A stretch of DNA of 64,000 bases from positions 18,724,001-18,788,000 of the forward strand of contig NC_043013.1 of NCBI RefSeq assembly GCF_006345805.1. The letters run 5' to 3'. Below are positions 56,440 to 64,000 of this stretch, piece by piece. The DNA is from Octopus sinensis. Taxonomy: Eukaryota. Made by a program: the position numbers and the translations under genes. The notes below the pieces were generated by a model. That model was given only the letters and a program-made list of their open reading frames with translations, did not search any database and had not been told where the DNA came from. Each line of letters starts with the position of its first letter. The stretch's first letter is position 1.

Positions 56440-56628
56440 TTTCTTATTTCTTTATTGCTCACAAGAGGCTACCCACAGAGGGGACAAATAAGGACAGACA
56501 AAACTGATTATGTCGATTATATCGACCCCAGCGGACTTCGGCGGAATTTGAACTCAGAACGTAAAGGCAGATGCAATACCGCTTAGAATTTCGCCCGGGC
56601 TGCTAACGTTTCTGCCAGCTCGCCGCCT
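56440..56628 (-). mobile_element. SINE type B with internal deletion
   Basis: ATCGACCCCAG is joined directly to CGGACTTCGGCGGAATTTG, so the central domain is missing. Confidence 0.8.
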
Positions 56629-56689
56629 TTATTCTTATTCTTCTTTATTCTTATTCTTCGCCGCCTTTATTTTTCTGCTATCCTTATTC

Positions 56690-57130
56690 TGTCCATCGAC
56701 GGTCACCTTGTCCGGCAATCTCTCTATTTTACCATTCTAACATGGACCAGTACGAACATCAACTGGATCCCTCCTAGCAGCGACCAATACGAACATCCTG
56801 ACCTATCCACAAAACATACTCCGACACTGGAAGGAACGTTTTGCCACTTTCCAAAACAAAAACTCGAAAACAGTTCCAAATCATGCTCCTCTTCGGTGGG
56901 TGAACATGAGGCCTACTTTTCCAGATCTCATGTAAGTTATGAAGCAAATGAGATTAAGGAAGTCCCCAGGCCCTGAAAAAGACCCTTTCGAACTGATCAA
57001 ACAAGGCGACTTACTCGAGTACATGGATGATATACCACATAGCATTTCACAAATTATAAGAATGAACCACAGTATATTAGAGATACTTGTTTTTCTGGAT
57101 CAACCATTGACTGATGAAAGAGCAATATAA
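56690..57130 (+). mobile_element. Decayed RTE-like LINE fragment (pre-RT region)
   Basis: ILRHWKERF and RKSPGPE..PFELIKQG resemble the IL.RWKE.F and K.PGPDG.P.E..K motifs of non-LTR reverse transcriptases. Confidence 0.55.
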
Positions 57131-57467
57131 ATTATTTTGAAGAATCGAACTTCGAATGTAACAGGATTAGAACTTAGACTAAAACAAACAAGTACTTGGA
57201 GGGGTGTTTATATAATATAAAGGTTTCTAAGACCCCTCCCCATATAACGAGATGTAGAGAAATATACCCGCACGATATTTGCGTAGGCAATCCTACCTAC
57301 TAAATTATCGGCTATGAGTGAGTAAGACTACTGCATTGTGGCAATGTAATAGTTTTTATGTCTTGTACCTGTCAAAAATCCAGAGGCTAACATTTGGTAG
57401 TTCTCCAGGGAAATAACAAATATTACCGTTTCTGCCAGAAGATTTCAGAAATGAATATAGACTTGAT

Positions 57468-57629
<162 letters not shown>

Positions 57630-57977
57630 GTATATATAATATTATTGGAGTTAGTGAACAACTCTGGGAGTCGCTTTGACGTTTATGGCAATTATGAAAA
57701 ACAGAACGACACACACAAAAAAAAAACCTATGACAATAACTTAATAGAAATCGAAATTCTTTCTTTGGCGTTCCTTAGTCCCCTTAACCTATTGAATCTA
57801 GGTGTTTTAAAGGCACACGTGTCTGAGAGGAGACGTTCTTCGATTGCATGATATAACAGTGATTCGCATATTCAGTTTCGAAACTGCTGGAACGTATTAT
57901 GAATTAATGTGCTCACGACGATTATGTATAATATATATACATATATACATACATACAGCCAGGGAGCTTATACATTG

Positions 57978-58049
<72 letters not shown>

Positions 58050-58071
58050 ATACTATCTATCTGTCTGTTTG

Positions 58072-58231
<160 letters not shown>

Positions 58232-58479
58232 GCTATCTAGCTAGCTAGCTAGCTAGCTAGCTAGCTAGCTATCACATACTGGATGTTTCGATGGGTTAAG
58301 GGTGTAGGATGGTCCAAGAAAATATTTATGTTTGTTCGTACCAAAGCAGAGTATATGTTTTGTGAAGTCATATTCCCCTGCGGGCAACGGGCGCTATATT
58401 AATGTGTACAGTTATATAATTATACATTGGAATCGCTGTGTCAGAAGAAGCTCCGACTTAGTAAAAACAATCCTTCAGG

Positions 58480-58680
58480 GCACAGAAGAAGGTTGAAACG
58501 AAAGCAAGGCAAGCCAAAAAAGAAAGACAGGCTTGTAACATCAAAGAGTGGATAGGTCTCAGTTTCACCGACTCACAGCGGGCAGCAGAGGGCCGAGCAA
58601 TGAGACGAAATCTGGTGTGATATCATCAGGCAATGCTCCAGCAACTACATGGTCAAGAAATAGGATAGAAGGGATACAAC
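58480..58680 (+). mobile_element. RTE-like LINE C-terminus
   Basis: RKQGKPKK...CNIKEWIGLSFTDSQRAAE resembles the RTE C-terminal GR.RK.W.D.IKEWTG signature. Confidence 0.55.
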
Positions 58681-59315
58681 TATACATTTATGCATGTGTA
58701 TATAGTACTGTATGTCTATATGTGTTCACATGCGTGTGCATTTGAGAATTTATTTGTCTGGAATATCGCCTGTAACCAAAGATTCCTATGTCGTGCCTTC
58801 TATGGACTAATCTCTGTCAACATTCCGGATTGCTATTCTAATGTAATATTAACTTACTATTCCACTCCATAAGATATTAAACCAGTTAGAAAGTCAATTG
58901 CATCACGTCACATCCATTTACAATCATTGAAAACACGGAAAAGAATAATTCTGTGTTTTGAATAGTCAAAATAAATTCGGTCTGGCACCAGGAATGATGC
59001 TTACATGTAAAAGATCGATATTTTTCACCTCATGACTTATCCATATTCTTGCTATATTTCGGTTAGAGATTTTCCTCTTTGACCCTTTTAATTCCTACAT
59101 CAAATCTTCTTGGACTTACTTTAATCATAATCACTAAAAGCTGTCCGTACATGTCTTCTACAAGACTTCCATTACCAGTTCCAGCTGTTTCTCTTGGACT
59201 TTTCATTCATTTAATTTCTGTTATCTTCACCATTTTCTCTTATACTCTTTTAGTAAATTTTTAAGCACTCTTAATTCCATCACTACTCCACAGAACTTCC
59301 TGTCTCCCTCCCCCA

Positions 59316-59426
<111 letters not shown>

Positions 59427-59614
59427 ATGTGTGTGTGTATGTGAGTGAGAGAGTGTCAACATGGCATCGCTTTAAGGGCGAAATGTCGCTAATCATTTTA
59501 CCTGGCGTGCTAACGATTCCATCACTTCAACGACAGTTTTAAAAAATGTGGCCGGCAAGCCTCTACTGAGTATCGAATCATGTACTTCTTAAATTCCGGC
59601 AGCATATATATATG

Positions 59615-59710
<96 letters not shown>

Positions 59711-60234
59711 TGTGGTGCGCGCGTGTGTGTATATATATAATAGGACAATATAGCATTAAATGTCTGTAACAAAAGACACCAGTCATGTTATATGAAGTTT
59801 TAAACATTTGCTGTCATATTCCGTTATTACGCGAATTGGATTTTGGATAAACAGTTTTGCGATGTTTATATCGAATAAACAACAGATCAAGTTAATTTCT
59901 ACCACCTTCTCCGTGAATTAGCTGGTACAAGGAGCCAGTAAGGACAGTTCACATTTCAGCCCTAGCAATTCTTTCTCCCCCACGCCGAAGAGAGAACTCA
60001 ACGTGCGATCACAGTTCATTTCCCGTTGATCCACCGTATCTTACGAGACTTCTCATCTTTCTTATCTAAAAAATCGACCATCAACTTACCACAACAACCG
60101 TCTTTCACAGTCATCTCACATCATCTTCACACATCTCTCAATATCTACTGTCATTTTACGCTATTTCCTGTCATTTTCCATCATTTAACGGCATCTTTCA
60201 TCATCTGCTGTTGTCTTCCCCCATTTTCTGTCAT

Positions 60235-60945
60235 TTCTCACCATCATTTGTCGTCACCTGCCACCACCCGCCGTCACCTACCGTCACCTACCGCCATCTG
60301 TCGTCATCACCATCTGACGCCATCTTCCGTCACCTGCCGTCACCTTCTGCTATCTGTCGTCATCCTCCACCATCTGCCGTCACCTGTCACCATTTTCAGC
60401 CATCTTCCGCCATCCTCCGTCACCTGCCGTGACCTGCCGCCATCTGTCCTCTTCCTCCACCATCTGCCTTCACCTGACACTATTTGCCGTCATCTGCCAC
60501 CATCTTCCGCAATCCTCCGTCACCTGCCGTCATCTGCCGCCATCTTCCGCCATCTTCCGTCACCTGCCATCACCTGCCGCCATCTTCCGCCAGCTGCCAT
60601 CACCTGCCGTCATCTGCTGTCACCTGCCATCACCTGCTACCACCCGCCGTCACCTGCCGTCACCTGCCGCCATCTGTCGTCATCCTCTACCATCTGCCTT
60701 CACCTGCCACCATCTTCTGCCATCTGCTATCACCTGCCGTCATCTGCTGTCATCTGCCATCACCTGCCACCACCCGCCGTCACCTATCGTAATCTGCCGC
60801 CATCTGTCGTCATCCTCCACCATCTGCCTTCACTTGACACCCTCTGCCGTCACCTGCCGCCATCTTCCGTCACCTGCCGCCATCTTCCGCCATCTGCCGC
60901 CACCTGCCATCACCTGCTGTCATCTGCTGTCACCTCCCTACAAAT
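60235..60945. repeat. 10-bp minisatellite, consensus YCAYCTGCCR, roughly 70 units
   Basis: TCACCTGCCG / CCATCTGCCG / CCATCTTCCG units, with a decayed 10-bp periodic extension leftward to about 60040. Confidence 0.9.
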
Positions 60946-61992
60946 CATTTCATGTCACCAATAATTTATTTTATTATTTCACTGACACCGCATTTTATTG
61001 TATCACACAATGCCCAGTAGTCTTCGTATTATATGTTTTATTTACATGAAATCAATCCATTTATCTACTTATCCACCCATCTATCTATATCTGTTTATAT
61101 TTACACTGACACATAATGTCAATACAATTAGTCACTGACCTTAAATATACTCAAACTTAGGTTCAAATCTAACTTTAGCCTCCATTTTATTTTTTCTAGT
61201 TATTTATCTTTTCCCCACTTCCATGTTTCTCCCTTCCACTCTGATTTCCACCTCTCTCTCCTTCTCTCTCTTTTTCCTCATCTACCCATTTTCACCTTTC
61301 CTCTTTCGTTTTTTCTGTTATTGCATTAATGCATTACTCACTCTTCTCCTTGTCGTTCTTGCAGAATCTTTCAACAGGAATTGTCTATGGTTTCTGTTCT
61401 ATCTGTTTCATTATTATTATTATTTTTTTTTTTTTGCTTTTCTTTTATGGTTTCCTAGCTGGAGATAGTTTGACATCAATAAGATGTGGACACAACATTA
61501 ACTTACAGCGCATAACTAACAAATGATAGCTCCAACATTAATGTTGTTTGTGCTGTGTATTTGATTAGAAAACGAATATCGATCTTCGGCGTATTTCAAT
61601 GTCTGCGTGTTTTTGTTTACATAATAGATAAAGAGGATCTGAGCAAACAACTATACATATACACATACATACATACATACATACATACATACGTGCATAT
61701 CTACATACATACACACATACATGCTTGCATGCATGCACGCATACATACATATACACACACATACTTGTATATACATACGTATGTAAATATTTGCTTATCT
61801 AGATACATGATAATATGCTGTATGTATATTCATGTACCAGCAGAGGAACCCGGTGTTGCCCGGGAATGAAATTGTTCCGTATATAACAAGAAAAAGCAAA
61901 ATACGTTGTATGGGAATCTGTTATTCTAAATTCAATTTATTATTCAATTGGGGCACATGAAATTCTGAATTCATAATACAGTAATAATAATG

Positions 61993-62057
<65 letters not shown>

Positions 62058-62059
<2 letters not shown>

Positions 62060-62500
62060 CGCTGATGCAGTACCAGGCTGTGGCTCTCATGGCTTCTGAT
62101 CTTAACTGATTGGATGTGCTATCATGTACATTGTTTTGTCTTGATATAAAAGATGGGCTACAGCAAATATTCTGCTCAATACCACAGGTTTGCTTGTCAG
62201 TTATTTGACCTTAACCAGTTGAGCATGTCCCTTAGTGGCTGACGATATGTGCATCTCTGATCACGAGCAGAAGTAGTGGAGGGCATCATAACCATGTGTT
62301 GAGAGGAATTCTTTGGAGTTTGGATAAATCACCTTTGGAAATATGAGCAACTCGACGTGAAGAAAATTCTAACTACGCCCCACCTGCAAGGTCATGTGCT
62401 ATTTATCATGGTATAAGATCTCCATGTCGCACACATATGGTTGTGATGCATGCGCCTGGTGTACCCTTATCAGACGGGTAGTCATAATGGGTGTATTGGG
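62058..62500 (-). mobile_element. Truncated copy of the 51471 element inserted in the Helitron
   Basis: Colinear with about 51471-51963, lacks ~55 nt at one end, abuts (TAA)n at 61982-62056, and has an internal deletion. Confidence 0.8.
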
Positions 62501-63900
62501 AATTGTGTTCATTTGAACTCAAATGGCATGTCTGATTGGAATTCTTGGAATGAAAGCCTCTTCCCCAGAGGTATCTCCAGAGATATCACATTAGGTGATA
62601 ATGTATTTACAAGCAACCTTGTCCCATTGCATAATTTGGGAGGATCTAAATTTCATAGAAGCTTTATTAGGGTTCCAACCTTCAGAAAGAAGTTTATGTG
62701 AAGGAATCCCTGGTGACTCAAGAGAATTAAGGAATTCTGTTATGTAATGGACAGTTTGATTTTCATCAAGGACTGAATCAACTGATCTGTACTCCTTTAT
62801 GACTGTTGGAATATTATTCATTAATTCATGGTTAATCCTTGCCACTGTCTCATTCTTGAGGACAAGAATTGCTCTTTTTCACAACCATTAATGTGAATTA
62901 TAATTGTTAAGTCTGGAAACACCGTTCCTCAATTCAGCTGGAGAATTCACCATGATAGCAATATGAGCCAAATTGATAACACCATTCCCATCAAGTGGTA
63001 CTTTCCCATTTCCTAATTGGAGGAGCCAGGTTGAAAACTGTTCTGCACATTGGTCCCCATGTAATAAAGCTAGCATGTTAATATTGAAGTTGAATTTCTG
63101 TACTTTATTCCATAGATGTGAAGACTGAATGTATGCTTTTATTTCATCAGATCTTGTTGGTCTCGGAATGACTACTAGTGTCTATCTGAAAGTCTCCTGA
63201 TAAAACTAATGTGTCTCCTCGCATTGATTTATTGTATCTTATATCCTGTAAGTTCTTACTAAGTGCTTCCATTGCACCTTTATGTGATATGGTGCATTCA
63301 TCCCGAATGATAAGGTGGCATTGGCGCAACACTTCTGCTGAACCCGAACCTTTGCTTATGTTACAAATTGGTCAGTCATTTGTGACCAGGTTTAGCGGTA
63401 ATTTAAGAGCAGAATGAGCTGCTCCTCCTCCTCCTGGGACAAGGGTGGAAGCAATGCAACAAGATGCTACAGCAACTGCAATTCATTTTATCTTGCTTTA
63501 CCTTGGAGAAAAGCAATGTTATTACAAATGCTTTACTTGTGCCACCAGGAGCATCAAGAAAGGAAATTCCTCCGCTTTTTTTCTCTGGCTGACGAAATAA
63601 CTTTATCACATGCACAGCGCGTTGTTCTAGAAGTTTAGGTTCGAGCTCATTCACAAATGCAGCTAACTCTGTGATGTCACAGTTTGCCTCTCTTGCTATG
63701 TCTCTTGAAGTTAAATCACTAATTTGACGGTTTGTTTTTGGCAGTCCAGAGCCAGACTCTAGCATATTTTTGCCTCCCATGGCCAAATTTTGATCCTGTA
63801 TTTCAATTAGTGCTTGGTTAAAAATTGCTTCAGAGAACTGAATATTGATATCTGGGTTTGCCTGTTGAACTGCATACTTTAAGTCCTCAGCCATGTCCTC
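62501..63900 (-). pseudogene. PIF1-family helicase of a Helitron RepHel, frameshifted
   Basis: FLDAPGGTSKAF (Walker A-like), IIRDECTISHK...LVLSGDFQ, LLQLGNG, YRSVDSV...TEFLNSLESPGIPSHKL, FIPRIP...SDMPFEFK. Confidence 0.9.
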
Positions 63901-64000
63901 ACGAAGTTCCTTCCAAAGCTGTAGGAGACTGCCAACTTAACACATGATCAGTAAAATTGTAGAAAGGTTACGAAGTCTCCTTGGAGAATCTGATAGTGAT

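Larger units (their letters stand above)
61837..64000 (-). mobile_element. Helitron, 3' portion (continues beyond the window), carrying an insertion
   Basis: Decayed PIF1 helicase on minus, plus the 3' hairpin CCCGG-gcaaca-CCGGG (61849-61864) followed 8 nt later by CTGG|T (61837-61840), the canonical Helitron CTRR end. Confidence 0.8.

Noticed and set aside
60026-60964. 312-aa ORF with 10-residue His/Pro/Cys repeats
   Set aside because: The C-rich 10-bp unit is nearly stop-free in the plus frames, so overlapping long ORFs are expected. There is no canonical ATG at the called start and no splice or promoter support.

Overview
AT-rich, very microsatellite-dense animal DNA with no recognisable intact protein-coding gene, tRNA, rRNA or CRISPR array. 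The repeat repertoire recalls an octopus-like cephalopod genome; this is an inference from recalled repeat families, not a search. Nearly all long ORFs in the supplied track are translations of simple repeats. Supported content: at least four tRNA-derived SINE types; decayed LINE relics (two R4/Dong-like, two CR1/L2-group, one Tx1/L1 3' end, RTE pieces); two internally deleted DD37D (maT) Tc1/mariner copies; and the 3' part of a Helitron (decayed PIF1 helicase plus terminal hairpin and CTRR) running off the right edge. Best second-look items: two minimal hammerhead-ribozyme-like motifs with covarying helices (10.6 and 24.8 kb); a nearly perfect 718-bp R-U-R-U-R tandem (34.4-36.0 kb); a compact CCAAT/TATA promoter with a spliced first exon (20.2 kb); a 10-bp minisatellite with an E-box in most units (60.2-60.9 kb); a headless ~550-bp element sitting in (TAA)n; and a SINE that forms head-to-tail multimers. 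Most coordinates of decayed elements are approximate and were read by eye. I found no clearly new biological system; the candidates are variants of known classes or untested hypotheses.
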